Assembly (NCBI GenBank): GCA_028695015.1
Contig: JAQVJR010000002.1
Span: 706-64,705 of the forward strand
Source of the DNA: Minisyncoccota bacterium
GTDB lineage: Bacteria; Patescibacteriota; Minisyncoccia; UBA6257
Direction: 5' to 3'
Length of the DNA: 64,000 nucleotides
Under the pieces are notes generated by a model. That model worked only from the letters and a program-made list of their open reading frames with translations. It was not told where the DNA came from and ran no database searches. The translations under genes and the position numbers were made by a program. The number at the start of each line of letters is the position of its first letter. Positions within the stretch are counted from its first letter, which is position 1. This document shows, in pieces, positions 1-9,532 of the stretch.

Positions 1-1
1 A

Positions 2-280
2 ATTTATTCATTAATTAATCCAGAGATTATAAAAACTTCTGCTGAAATGAATATTATGGATGAAGGTTGTTTAAGTGTTCCTGATGTTTTTGGTGAAGTA
101 GAAAGACCAGAGAAAATTGTTATTAAAGCAACTACTCCAGAAGGCAAGAAAATTAAATTCAAAGCCTTTGGTTTATTAGCTAGGGTTTTACAACATGAAA
201 TGGATCATCTAGATGGTATTCTTTTTACAGATAAGGCTAAAACGATTAGGGAAGAATTAAACCAAGCTCCAGCTTTATAA
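2..280 (+). CDS. def: Peptide deformylase (5' end outside window)
   Basis: EGCLS and HEMDH motifs; frame open back to position 2 (…LINPEI…); directly upstream of fmt. Confidence 0.96.
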   Translation: MYSLINPEIIKTSAEMNIMDEGCLSVPDVFGEVERPEKIVIKATTPEGKKIKFKAFGLLARVLQHEMDHLDGILFTDKAKTIREELNQAPAL

Positions 281-282
281 TT

Positions 283-1233
283 ATGAATCAATTTGTATTT
301 TTTGGCTCATCAGAATTTTCTAAAATTGTTTTGGATAAATTACTTCAGGCAAAAATGAAGCCAGTTTTAATAGTTACTAACCAACCAAAGCCAAAAGGTA
401 GAAAACAAATCCTTTCCCCTACTCCTGTTCATGTTCTGGCTTTAGAGCATAAGATTCCAGTATTATTGCCTGAAACATTAGATAAAGAATTTATAAATCA
501 AATAAAAGAGATAAAACCAGAATTTATTATACTGACAGCTTATGGAAAGATTATTCCTTCTGAATTATTAGCGATTCCATTAAAAGGGTTTATTAATTTA
601 CATCCATCTCTTTTACCAAAATGGCGAGGGGCAACTCCAATTCAATCTGTTATATTAAACGGAGACATAGAAACTGGAGTTACTTTAATTTTAATGGATG
701 AACAAGTAGATCATGGTCCAATTATTGCCCAATCTGGATTTAAAATTGATAATCTAAGATTGAATTCAGAAGAATTATCAGAAAAATTAGCTGTTATCGG
801 GGCTGAGTTAATTATTCAAACCATGCCTCAATATTTAAAAGGAGAAATTGCTCCTATTATTCAAGATCATTCTCAAGCAACTTTTTGTACAAAAATATTA
901 CCAGCAGATGAAAGAATTAACTGGCAACAAGATAATATTCAAATAGATAGACAAGTTCGTGCTCTTAATCCTGAACCAGGTGCTTATACTAAAGCTATGC
1001 ATTCTCAAAAATATGAGTTAATATTGAAAATAGTAAAAGGTTATTTGGAAAATGATAAATCATTAGAAAAACTACCAATAGGAAAAGTTTTTGATTATCA
1101 AAATAAAATGGCTGTTAAATGTAAAAAAGGTTTTTATGTTATTGAATTAATTAAACCTTCTGGTAAACAAACAATGCCCAGTGATGCTTTTCTCAGAGGT
1201 AATAATTGGATCTTAAATCAAATATTAAAATGA
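283..1233 (+). CDS. fmt: Methionyl-tRNA formyltransferase
   Basis: INLHPSLLPKWRGATPIQ and ETGVT…DHGPI motifs; def-fmt synteny. Confidence 0.96.
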   Translation: MNQFVFFGSSEFSKIVLDKLLQAKMKPVLIVTNQPKPKGRKQILSPTPVHVLALEHKIPVLLPETLDKEFINQIKEIKPEFIILTAYGKIIPSELLAIPLKGFINLHPSLLPKWRGATPIQSVILNGDIETGVTLILMDEQVDHGPIIAQSGFKIDNLRLNSEELSEKLAVIGAELIIQTMPQYLKGEIAPIIQDHSQATFCTKILPADERINWQQDNIQIDRQVRALNPEPGAYTKAMHSQKYELILKIVKGYLENDKSLEKLPIGKVFDYQNKMAVKCKKGFYVIELIKPSGKQTMPSDAFLRGNNWILNQILK

Positions 1234-2240
1234 TTGAAACATCAAAAAAATCTTATCTTGTAATAATCTCAGCTATTTTTATAATTCTTATCCTTGCGAT
1301 AACAGTTAACCTAGGTATAAAAAGAAATGGTTCTTTAACTTCTTCGGTAATACAATTTGAACCAGAAATTATTACAGAAAATAATATTAAAAATCATCAA
1401 GAGATAAGTTTTGATATTCCCTTACATATTAATTTAACTAACTTTTATAAATCTTATGGTCAACGGCTTTTAGGTAATGATAAAGTCAGAATTATTAGCC
1501 GAGAACAATGGAAGGCTGATAATCGTTATGCTGATATGAGTTTTATAGAAAAATATTGTGAAGATAATTTTTGTTATTCAGAAGTTTATGATGCAGAAGA
1601 TAGTTTTTCTCAACAAGAATATTGGACAGCAAAAGAATTAGCCTTGAATTATAAACAGAATTTTAAATTAACTGATAGTTTTTTTCTCCAAAGCCAGGAA
1701 AAAGAAAATAAACTAAAATATCATTATCTGCCTGTGGAAGAAATAATTATTCATCATACAGCAGGTAGCTTTACTTTAGAATTTGAAGATTCAAAAAAAG
1801 AAATCCAAAGAATTTATTTAATGCAGGCAGTGCAGAGAAAATGGCAAGATATTGGCTATCATTATCTCATTGATGGTGCTGGTCGTATCTTTGAAGGTAA
1901 TTTAGGAGGTAAATATGCTATTGGTATTCATACATATGGCCATAATAATGCTACTCTTTCTATTGCTTTAATGGGTGATTTTCGTCCAAGGCATAATGAA
2001 TTTAATAATGCAATGCAAACATCTTTAATAAACCTAATACAATATTTAACAGAAGAATATCAATTTGATTTATCAAAACAAGAATTTTCTTTAAGAAAGA
2101 TAGATCTATCTGGTCGGGAAAAAACTGAAAACTTTATTAAAGGCCATCAGGAAGTAGATTTAAAACAAGAGCCAACTGAATGCCCTGGTGTTAATCCTGA
2201 ATATTTAAGAAATCTAATTTATCCTTATTTATTCCAATAA
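1230..2240 (+). CDS. Membrane-anchored N-acetylmuramoyl-L-alanine amidase (Amidase_2/PGRP family)
   Basis: N-terminal TM helix; IISREQW, IIIHHTAG, DIGYHYLID, GHQE and ECPG motifs; ATG at 1230 overlaps the fmt stop (ATGA). Confidence 0.85.
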   Translation: MIETSKKSYLVIISAIFIILILAITVNLGIKRNGSLTSSVIQFEPEIITENNIKNHQEISFDIPLHINLTNFYKSYGQRLLGNDKVRIISREQWKADNRYADMSFIEKYCEDNFCYSEVYDAEDSFSQQEYWTAKELALNYKQNFKLTDSFFLQSQEKENKLKYHYLPVEEIIIHHTAGSFTLEFEDSKKEIQRIYLMQAVQRKWQDIGYHYLIDGAGRIFEGNLGGKYAIGIHTYGHNNATLSIALMGDFRPRHNEFNNAMQTSLINLIQYLTEEYQFDLSKQEFSLRKIDLSGREKTENFIKGHQEVDLKQEPTECPGVNPEYLRNLIYPYLFQ

Positions 2241-2250
2241 GAATATTCAG

Positions 2251-2808
2251 TTATTCTTTAAATACATTTACTTGATATTGATAAATCTCAAAATCAATAT
2301 TTTTCCAGCAACCTTCTTTCATTCCAGCTTTAGAACATAAATGTGAAAGAAATTCTTCAGGGGTTTTTAAATCTTCCCAAACTTGAGGCAAAAAGGTAGC
2401 TTGATGAGCTCCTTTTTTAATTAAGATCCCTGGTTTGTTTTTGTTTAAATGTTTAATTAAATCTTCAGTTTTTGAAAAATCTATCTTTTCTAAAGGTTCA
2501 ATAATAGAAATTTCTATCTTAATATCACTTAGTTCTTCTTTTTTAACAGGTAAAAAACGGGTATCAAATAAAGCACTAGCTAAACTGTTCTCAATTACCA
2601 TTTCAAAAATTGGCTTAATACCTTCAAGGCAACCAATGCAACCTCTTAAATCTTCATTTTTCCAAAGAGAGATAAAAACTCCTTTTTTCTCTTTTAAAGA
2701 ATCTGATAAATCATCTGTTTCTATTTGCAAAATATCCTTGTTTTTAAAATATTTCTCAAGGGTTCTTCGTGATAATTCTAAGAGATATTTTTTATCCTTT
2801 TGTTTCAT
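2251..2808 (-). CDS. amrA: AmmeMemoRadiSam system protein A (AMMECR1 family)
   Basis: LRGCIG, DTRF, ATFLPQVW and LCSKAG motifs; start moved to ATG 2808. Confidence 0.92.
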   Translation of the reverse strand: MKQKDKKYLLELSRRTLEKYFKNKDILQIETDDLSDSLKEKKGVFISLWKNEDLRGCIGCLEGIKPIFEMVIENSLASALFDTRFLPVKKEELSDIKIEISIIEPLEKIDFSKTEDLIKHLNKNKPGILIKKGAHQATFLPQVWEDLKTPEEFLSHLCSKAGMKEGCWKNIDFEIYQYQVNVFKE

Positions 2809-3601
2809 AAAAGCCAATACTAGCATAACCTACAACCTGGCTTTCTTTATCTGAAAGCCCTTTAACTGTTTCATCTGAATTCATAGCACATAGTAGTTTT
2901 GGTTGCCAGTTTTTTTTAATAGCAATGTTTAATAAAATTTCAATGGGTTTTTTCCCACAAGCATTTCCAAATTCATTAAAACGATCTAAATCATTAGCTA
3001 AAATAGCATCTATCGTAACTTTATCTACCATCTTAGCTTGAGAATAAGGTAAATAATGGCTTAAATCTGAACTGATAATAAGTAGAGTTTTTTCATTAAT
3101 AATAGGCATTAATATCTCAGTTGCCTTTTTAATATCAATATCGCTAATTAATAAAGGAAAAATCTCAAAATCTTTTAAAACCACTTGCAAGAAAGGTAAT
3201 AAAACTTCTAAGCAATGTTCTGGGTGATGAATTTCTGCAGATTCAATAATTTCTTTTTTATTTTTTAATTCTGGAAAATCATTTTTAGATAAAACTTTTG
3301 TTTTGCCTAATGGTGTTTCCCAATAATCTTCTGTGGTGGCTACTAATTCTTCAAAAGCAAAATGATGACTTGGACCTAACAAGATGACTTTATTAAAAGA
3401 ATCGGGTTCTAGTATTTTTAATCCATAAGCAGCTACTGGTCCAGAATAGATATAACCAGCATGAGGTAAAATCAAAGCCCTTATTTGTTCTTTTTGTTTA
3501 CTAATAGTAGCTTTATTTAAAAATTCCTCAATCATTTGCTTGAGTTGTTCAGGATCATTTGGGTAAAATGTTCCAGCTACTATTGGTAATCGTGTTGACA
3601 T
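2792..3601 (-). CDS. amrB: AmmeMemoRadiSam system protein B (MEMO1 family)
   Basis: AGTFYP, PHAGYIYSG, GPSHH, EHCLEV, SSDLSHY and VVGYAS motifs. Confidence 0.94.
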   Translation of the reverse strand: MSTRLPIVAGTFYPNDPEQLKQMIEEFLNKATISKQKEQIRALILPHAGYIYSGPVAAYGLKILEPDSFNKVILLGPSHHFAFEELVATTEDYWETPLGKTKVLSKNDFPELKNKKEIIESAEIHHPEHCLEVLLPFLQVVLKDFEIFPLLISDIDIKKATEILMPIINEKTLLIISSDLSHYLPYSQAKMVDKVTIDAILANDLDRFNEFGNACGKKPIEILLNIAIKKNWQPKLLCAMNSDETVKGLSDKESQVVGYASIGFYETKG

Positions 3602-3611
3602 GTTATTGATT

Positions 3612-4640
3612 TTAAAAAATTCCTTTTATTTCTGTATTACATTTTGGGCATTTTCCATCTTGTATTTTATTCTCTATCATATCTAAACCCAACCTTTTAA
3701 TTAAAAGAAAATTACATTTAGGGCAATAAGTGCTTTCATATTCTGCATCTGGGGTATTGCCAATATAGACATATTTTAATCCTGCTTGTTTACCAATTTG
3801 ATAAGCTTTAATTAAGGATTCTTTTGGTGTTGAAGATATATCAACCATTTTATATCCTGGATAAAAAGCAGAAATATGCCAAGGAATATTTTCTGAAATA
3901 TTTTTTAAAAACTTAGCTATTTGTTGTAATTCTTTATCAGAATCATTAATTTTAGGAATAATTAATGTGGTTACTTCTAACCAAATACCCTTTTCATGGA
4001 TTTTTTTAATATTTTCTTTTACTGGTTCTAATCGAGCTTTACAGATATTTTTATAAAAGTCTTCAGAAAAACTTTTTAAATCTATATTAATTGCATCTAA
4101 ATAAGGACTGATTAGATTTAATGTTTCTTGACTCATAAAACCATTAGAAACCCAAATATTTTTAATCCCCTTTTCTTTAGCTAATTTCATTGTTTCATAA
4201 GCATACTCTGTCCAAATAGTTGGTTCATTATAAGTATAGGCAATCATTGGAATTTTACTTTCCAAACAATGTTGGACTATAGTTTCTGGCATCCAAGTTT
4301 CTTGTTGTCTTTCATATCCTGTTTGCCTAATAGCATCAATAGTTTTTGGTAATTGAGAAATTTCCCAATTTTGACAAAATTCACAACCAAAATTACAACC
4401 AATAGTGCCTAAAGAAAATATTTTCTCTCCAGGTAGAAAGTGGAAAAGAGGTTTTTTCTCTACAGGCTCTATATTAACGCTAATTGGCTTGTTATGAACT
4501 AATAGATATAGATCCCCTTGTTTGTTCTGTCTGACCCCACAAATGCCTGTTTGCTCTTCATTAACAATGCATTTATGTGAACAAGCAAGGCATTGGACCT
4601 TATTATCTGTTAGTTTTTTATAAAGAATGGCTTTTTTCAT
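3612..4640 (-). CDS. amrS: AmmeMemoRadiSam system radical SAM enzyme
   Basis: CNFGCEFCQN (CxxxCxxC), PVEKKPLFHF and YTYNEP motifs; C-terminal CxxC pairs. Confidence 0.94.
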   Translation of the reverse strand: MKKAILYKKLTDNKVQCLACSHKCIVNEEQTGICGVRQNKQGDLYLLVHNKPISVNIEPVEKKPLFHFLPGEKIFSLGTIGCNFGCEFCQNWEISQLPKTIDAIRQTGYERQQETWMPETIVQHCLESKIPMIAYTYNEPTIWTEYAYETMKLAKEKGIKNIWVSNGFMSQETLNLISPYLDAINIDLKSFSEDFYKNICKARLEPVKENIKKIHEKGIWLEVTTLIIPKINDSDKELQQIAKFLKNISENIPWHISAFYPGYKMVDISSTPKESLIKAYQIGKQAGLKYVYIGNTPDAEYESTYCPKCNFLLIKRLGLDMIENKIQDGKCPKCNTEIKGIF

Positions 4641-4695
4641 AATATACTTTTATTACCTTTATTTATTATATCAAGAATAATCAAAAAGGATAATC

Positions 4696-4771
4696 TTGCT
4701 AGATTTCTAAAAATCTGGTATTATTACAATTAAATAGAACTTTGAAAATTTACAAAGATTAGGAGGGTAAA
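4696..4771 (+). promoter_or_regulatory. sigma70-type promoter, boxA-like motif and SD
   Basis: TTGCTA-N17-TATTAT with extended TG; ACTTTGAAAAT at 4739-4749; AGGAGG at 4761-4766. Confidence 0.65.
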
Positions 4772-5116
4772 ATGAGTATTTTGTATAAGATCTTTATGCA
4801 GCCTAAGGAATCTCAACGTAAACCATTAAAAACTAAAAAGCGCAGAGTATTTTTTTATAGAACTTTTCTTTATTCTGAGACCATGGAAAAAGTAGAAGAA
4901 ATGAAAGCAATATTAAAAAAGAAAATGAATCGCACAGATTATGATTATGAAGAAGAGCAAGCAGAGATTTTTAGGAAGATAATGGGAGTGGCATACCAAG
5001 TTATAACTCATGATGTGAAAAGAAGCGGAAATACATATAATTATGTAAAATTCATAACTAAAAGGAAAAACGGGAAGAAAAAGAAAGTAATCAAAGAGTA
5101 TTGTTTAAGTAGGTAA
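4772..5116 (+). CDS. Hypothetical basic protein (ORFan-like)
   Basis: 114-aa ORF with its own promoter, SD and terminator; no recognised family. Confidence 0.7.
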   Translation: MSILYKIFMQPKESQRKPLKTKKRRVFFYRTFLYSETMEKVEEMKAILKKKMNRTDYDYEEEQAEIFRKIMGVAYQVITHDVKRSGNTYNYVKFITKRKNGKKKKVIKEYCLSR

Positions 5117-5120
5117 TAAG

Positions 5121-5147
5121 AAAAGGGCAATTAAATTGCCCTTTTTT
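5121..5147. terminator. Bidirectional intrinsic terminator
   Basis: aaaagggcaat-taa-attgccctttt between convergent genes. Confidence 0.8.
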
Positions 5148-5152
5148 ATTTC

Positions 5153-5647
5153 TTAATTTTTGATTTTAGAATTCCAATAAGCTCTGATGATTTTTCTTTT
5201 ATTATTATATGTCCAATGATGGATAACAGGGAAATTATGATAGGTCCATAAACTAACAGCTTTTTCTTTACCAATATAAAATCCAATATGATAATGAAAT
5301 TCTTTTTTTCTATTTTTATCTATGGATAATTCTTTTTCCCAAATAACAACACTGCCAGCAGGCATTTTAGAAGAAATCTTTATTTCTTTCCATTCTGATT
5401 CTTTAATATCTTTTTCTGTGCCTAAAACAGTAAAATGTAATCTTTGAATCAAGTCAAAGAGTTTTAAAACAGAACTGACAAAATAAGCACAAGAAACAGA
5501 GCCATTATCAAGAACATCTTGTTTTTTACCTTTTACCAGACAAAAAGCATTAGCCCACATTTTAGATCCACAGGCATTTTCTATCATTGATAAATAATTA
5601 TCTTTAAACAACAGTGTTAATTCTTTTTTATTTTTAACTGTTTTCAT
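5153..5647 (-). CDS. Hypothetical protein, possible NlpC/P60-like Cys-His hydrolase fold
   Basis: SCAYFVSSVL … GSVVIW … HIGFYIG pattern. Confidence 0.55.
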   Translation of the reverse strand: MKTVKNKKELTLLFKDNYLSMIENACGSKMWANAFCLVKGKKQDVLDNGSVSCAYFVSSVLKLFDLIQRLHFTVLGTEKDIKESEWKEIKISSKMPAGSVVIWEKELSIDKNRKKEFHYHIGFYIGKEKAVSLWTYHNFPVIHHWTYNNKRKIIRAYWNSKIKN

Positions 5648-5656
5648 ATTTTTAAA

Positions 5657-6076
5657 TTATTTTATATTTATCAAATGAGATTTTAAAAATTTTTCTATAC
5701 CCTCAATTACTTCTTTTTTTAATTCTGCAGGACTGGTGGTAACCCAAATAGCAAAATTATACAAAGCTTGATTATCTACTTCAACCCATTTATTATTTTT
5801 ATATAAAAAAATAAGTAAAGAAGTCATGGCTATTCTTTTATTACCATTTTGAAAAGGGTGGTTTTTAATCATTAGATAAAACAAAATAGCGGCTTTAGAA
5901 ATTAATCCGCTATAAAGATATTTGTTATTAAATTTTTGAAATGGAACGGCTAAACAACTTTCTAAAACACGAGGAAATCTTGTTTCAAATGGCGGAATCG
6001 GTTCATTGAATTCCATAAAGCTTTTAGCTAAATTATGTGCTATATATTTTACTTCAGCTAAAGTAATTATTTTCAT
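5657..6076 (-). CDS. Fic/Doc (death-on-curing) family toxin
   Basis: HPFQNGNKR Fic motif. Confidence 0.9.
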   Translation of the reverse strand: MKIITLAEVKYIAHNLAKSFMEFNEPIPPFETRFPRVLESCLAVPFQKFNNKYLYSGLISKAAILFYLMIKNHPFQNGNKRIAMTSLLIFLYKNNKWVEVDNQALYNFAIWVTTSPAELKKEVIEGIEKFLKSHLINIK

Positions 6077-6078
6077 AG

Positions 6079-6336
6079 TTATTCCTGCCCTAAGAGCTTG
6101 AGAGTTGTTTTGTATTCTGAGATTGTTTTTTTAATTCCCTTATCTAAAATTGATTTTTGTTTCTCAGTTAAAGCTTTACCTGAAATACTTTCAAATTCTT
6201 TCTTCGGAATAGCAAAATTACGACCAATTCTTGTGGCTTTTAATTGCCCTTTTTTTATTCTTTTTAAAATAGCTTCTCGGCTAATACCCAAAAGCTTGGC
6301 AACTTCACTAACAGTTAAAAACTCTTTATTTTTCAT
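6079..6336 (-). CDS. Excisionase-like HTH DNA-binding protein, putative antitoxin
   Basis: FLTVSEVAKLLGISREAILKRIKKGQLKA HTH_17-like motif; 2 bp upstream of the Fic gene. Confidence 0.8.
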   Translation of the reverse strand: MKNKEFLTVSEVAKLLGISREAILKRIKKGQLKATRIGRNFAIPKKEFESISGKALTEKQKSILDKGIKKTISEYKTTLKLLGQE

Positions 6337-6363
6337 AATATTTTTGATAATCACTTAATAGCA

Positions 6364-6410
6364 GGTTATCATATGATAACCACTTTATAGCAGGTTATCA
6401 CATGGTGATT
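6364..6410. promoter_or_regulatory. Putative autoregulatory operator of the HTH-Fic operon
   Basis: Perfect 18-bp palindrome GGTTATCATATGATAACC (6364-6381) and a degenerate second copy at 6393-6410. Confidence 0.65.
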
Positions 6411-6424
6411 AAAATATCAAGTTC

Positions 6425-6931
6425 TTAATTTAAGGACTTTTTTGCTTTTTTCTCTAAATACATTGCCTTATCTGCTATACCTATCATTTCTTGTATAGTT
6501 ATTCCTTGTTTCCTCTCACTAATACCAGCGCTTATATTAAAAGGCATATGTTTTTTAATTCTTTGTAATAATAATTCTGCTCCTTGTTTTGAAGTATAAG
6601 GAAGGGCTATTAAAAACTCATCCCCTCCCCATCTGCCAGCAATATCAGTTTTTCTTAAACCTTTCTTTATAGCTAAGGAAACTTCAATCAAAGCCTTATC
6701 CCCTTCTAAATGTCCTTTAGTATCGTTAATCATCTTTAAATCATCCATATCTATTAAAATAATACTAAAAGGAGTATTATGTCTTTCACTTTTCCATAAT
6801 TCTCTGTTTATTATTTCACTTAAAATTAAACGATTATAAAGTCCAGTTAAAGGATCTTTTAATAGACCTTTTTCTCCGTATTTTAATACAATCCCTATTA
6901 TTTTAAAAAACTCAGATATTTTTTTAAACAT
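6425..6931 (-). CDS. Stand-alone diguanylate cyclase (GGDEF domain)
   Basis: DPLTGLYNR, DMDDLKMINDTKGH, RKTD I-site, RWGGDEF and ADKAMY motifs. Confidence 0.9.
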   Translation of the reverse strand: MFKKISEFFKIIGIVLKYGEKGLLKDPLTGLYNRLILSEIINRELWKSERHNTPFSIILIDMDDLKMINDTKGHLEGDKALIEVSLAIKKGLRKTDIAGRWGGDEFLIALPYTSKQGAELLLQRIKKHMPFNISAGISERKQGITIQEMIGIADKAMYLEKKAKKSLN

Positions 6932-6948
6932 ATTTGATATATTTTTAA

Positions 6949-8793
6949 TTACCAACTACCACCGCCGCCACCGCCAAATCCTCCTCCACTACCACCACTA
7001 AATCCAGATTGACCACTAGCAGCTGTATGTCCAGTAGCGACAAAGCTTGAATTTAAAGCTGTATTTATAGCTTGCATTCTAGAAACCATAATAATTGAAT
7101 TAAAGCTAGTTCCTTGTGTTCCTTGATACCAATCAGGAATGGCCGCAACAATGTTTTTAAATAAATTAGCCCATTGTTTTTCCACACCAAATAAAATAGC
7201 ATAAGGAAGATATTCAGCAAATTTTTCAGGATGAGCTTCAGGAGAAAAATGGAATTTTACTCTATCACGTTCTACAGTTTTTAAGAATAACTCAAATCCT
7301 TTTATCTTTTCTTTCATTTGCATTCCTTGTTCAGTTAAGCTAGGCATGATTTTAATAAAGATAGAAAAAATTATCATATTTATTAAAAGCCCTCCAAAAG
7401 TACTAAAGATGCTTAAGAAGAAAAATTTATCAAATTTTAATAAAATAAAAGGCAATACAACAAAGCATATAGCTATATAAAAAACTATTATTATAGATTG
7501 CCAGTCTTTAAGTTTTTTAATAAGAGCAAAAGGATTTTCTGGAAATAGGTTTTTATTTGTTAAGTTTTTACCTAAAGATGTTTTAGCTTGATCTAATTCT
7601 GTTTTCATTTTTGTTTGTTTTGAAAAACTTGAAGCATTTTTAAGCTGAGATAAGAAAACTTCATTTTTGCTTTCAAAAATATTATCTAATAAATATTTCT
7701 CATATTTATTTAATACATCTTCTGGTTTTTGTTTATCAGTTTTAATAAACTTCCAATCTGTTGATTTAAAAATCAAAGTCTTTTTTTCTTCTTCTTGAAT
7801 GATAAAATAACCTCTTCGAGCTAAATCTATAAGTGTAGCTGTGGCCATTTTACCTAAATTAAGAGAAGTTTCTGTTAATATAATATGTGCTTCTGCTGGA
7901 GAAATACCTGCTGGGGCTTCATATTCAGCCATGATAGATTTTAAAGATCGTGGGTTGCGTCCTTTTTTCCACCACATAGATGAAAGAAAACCAAAGATAA
8001 GCACAGGAATAAACAATAAAGTGTATAAGAAAACAAGAATAATTTTATTTAATATTGCTGATTCTATTTTAGTTTGAGTGTATTTTTTCTCCACTTCTTG
8101 AACAAATCCCTTTGGCCAACCTATTGCAATTGTTAATCCTTCTTTAGGCTTTAAATCAGAAGTTATAAAAGAAATAACTTTAGCTGAAAGAGCTTTATCA
8201 ATTAAACAATTTTCTTCTCTAGAGCCAGAAACTCCTGTATAGCACTTAGTTTTAAAATCATCTTTAATTGATAATGTATTAAAGAAATTATCTAAAGCAA
8301 AATGAGCTTCTGCATGTTCAATTGGAATTTGCCAATCATTACCAGTGGTATTTAGGAATAATTCATCATATTCATCAAAATAATTAATAATACCCTTAAG
8401 AACATATTTGATAATATAGGTATTTTGCCCACTAATTAATTTATTAGCTGAACCAATCTTAATTACAAAATCATTTCCTTCTTTATAGACTTGATATTCA
8501 ATATTTTTACCATGCTCATCTTGGACTCTAAGAATTTCATAATCCAAAACCAGAGTTTTATCTTCCAAAGGATATTTAAAAGGAATCTGACGAAAAATTC
8601 CATGCTTTTGATTAGAGCCAAAATCATAAACAATAGTTTCTTGAATTTCCACATCAGAGCTTTCTTTAACTAGGATATTAGTTTGAAAACTACGAATGAT
8701 TTCTGTATTATCAGCCAGAACAATATTTTGTCCAATAAAAATACTTCCTGCAAAGGTTATTAAAATTAATAAATTAATTATTCTTTTTTTCAT
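6949..8793 (-). CDS. DUF2207 family membrane protein
   Basis: Signal peptide; HGIFRQIP, GNDWQIPI and YLPYAILFGV motifs; C-terminal GGGFGGGGGGSW. Confidence 0.9.
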   Translation of the reverse strand: MKKRIINLLILITFAGSIFIGQNIVLADNTEIIRSFQTNILVKESSDVEIQETIVYDFGSNQKHGIFRQIPFKYPLEDKTLVLDYEILRVQDEHGKNIEYQVYKEGNDFVIKIGSANKLISGQNTYIIKYVLKGIINYFDEYDELFLNTTGNDWQIPIEHAEAHFALDNFFNTLSIKDDFKTKCYTGVSGSREENCLIDKALSAKVISFITSDLKPKEGLTIAIGWPKGFVQEVEKKYTQTKIESAILNKIILVFLYTLLFIPVLIFGFLSSMWWKKGRNPRSLKSIMAEYEAPAGISPAEAHIILTETSLNLGKMATATLIDLARRGYFIIQEEEKKTLIFKSTDWKFIKTDKQKPEDVLNKYEKYLLDNIFESKNEVFLSQLKNASSFSKQTKMKTELDQAKTSLGKNLTNKNLFPENPFALIKKLKDWQSIIIVFYIAICFVVLPFILLKFDKFFFLSIFSTFGGLLINMIIFSIFIKIMPSLTEQGMQMKEKIKGFELFLKTVERDRVKFHFSPEAHPEKFAEYLPYAILFGVEKQWANLFKNIVAAIPDWYQGTQGTSFNSIIMVSRMQAINTALNSSFVATGHTAASGQSGFSGGSGGGFGGGGGGSW

Positions 8794-8800
8794 AAAGAAT

Positions 8801-9532
8801 CTACTTTTCTAACTTTTTATCTGCAGCACGATATTGACAATATATGCATCCAGGGCTTGCTTGAGGAGCTTTATCAGAATCTAGGCATTTTTTAGCTTCT
8901 TTGATAGTAGCCTCAACCCAAGAATCATTGCCTTTATAATCAAGGATCTGAATATCAAATTCTAATATTCCATCAAATTTATCTTCACCTGTTTTCCCAT
9001 TACAATAAACAAAATAAGCAATATCTGAGATTTTAAAATTGTTTTTCCTAAATATCCATTGATATATTTCTGCTTGTCTTTTATATCCCTGACGATATTC
9101 AGAATCCATGCTTATTTCTTGAGTGGTACTAGTAGATTTGTAATCAACAATATGTAATTCATTATGAGGATTAATCCAAATATCATCAATGGCCCCAAAA
9201 ATTACAAAATTAGTTGATTTATCAAAATATTGAATACCTTTCCAATTATTACGCCAATCATCAATATTTTCATGTTGATAAGGAACAGCATCTATTTTAT
9301 ATTTTTTCATTAAAGAATGGGCTTCACCTTTTTTTCTTAAAATATCAAATTCTTTTTTTAATAAAGTATCTACAGCTTGATTTAAAGAATAAGGAAACAT
9401 TGGTGGCCTAGAAACACCTAATCGCCTATCTAAATAAAAGCATCTAGGACAGTTAACAAATAAATCTATCTTTGTACGACTTAATTTGAAAGGTTTTTTA
9501 TCTTTTGGATCATAAATATTTTTTCTAGCCAT
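8801..9532 (-). CDS. PD-(D/E)xK nuclease family protein (Cas4/AddB-like)
   Basis: LSRTKI..F..CPRCFY, GAIDD, IVDYKS, QAEIY and CIYC motifs. Confidence 0.85.
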   Translation of the reverse strand: MARKNIYDPKDKKPFKLSRTKIDLFVNCPRCFYLDRRLGVSRPPMFPYSLNQAVDTLLKKEFDILRKKGEAHSLMKKYKIDAVPYQHENIDDWRNNWKGIQYFDKSTNFVIFGAIDDIWINPHNELHIVDYKSTSTTQEISMDSEYRQGYKRQAEIYQWIFRKNNFKISDIAYFVYCNGKTGEDKFDGILEFDIQILDYKGNDSWVEATIKEAKKCLDSDKAPQASPGCIYCQYRAADKKLEK

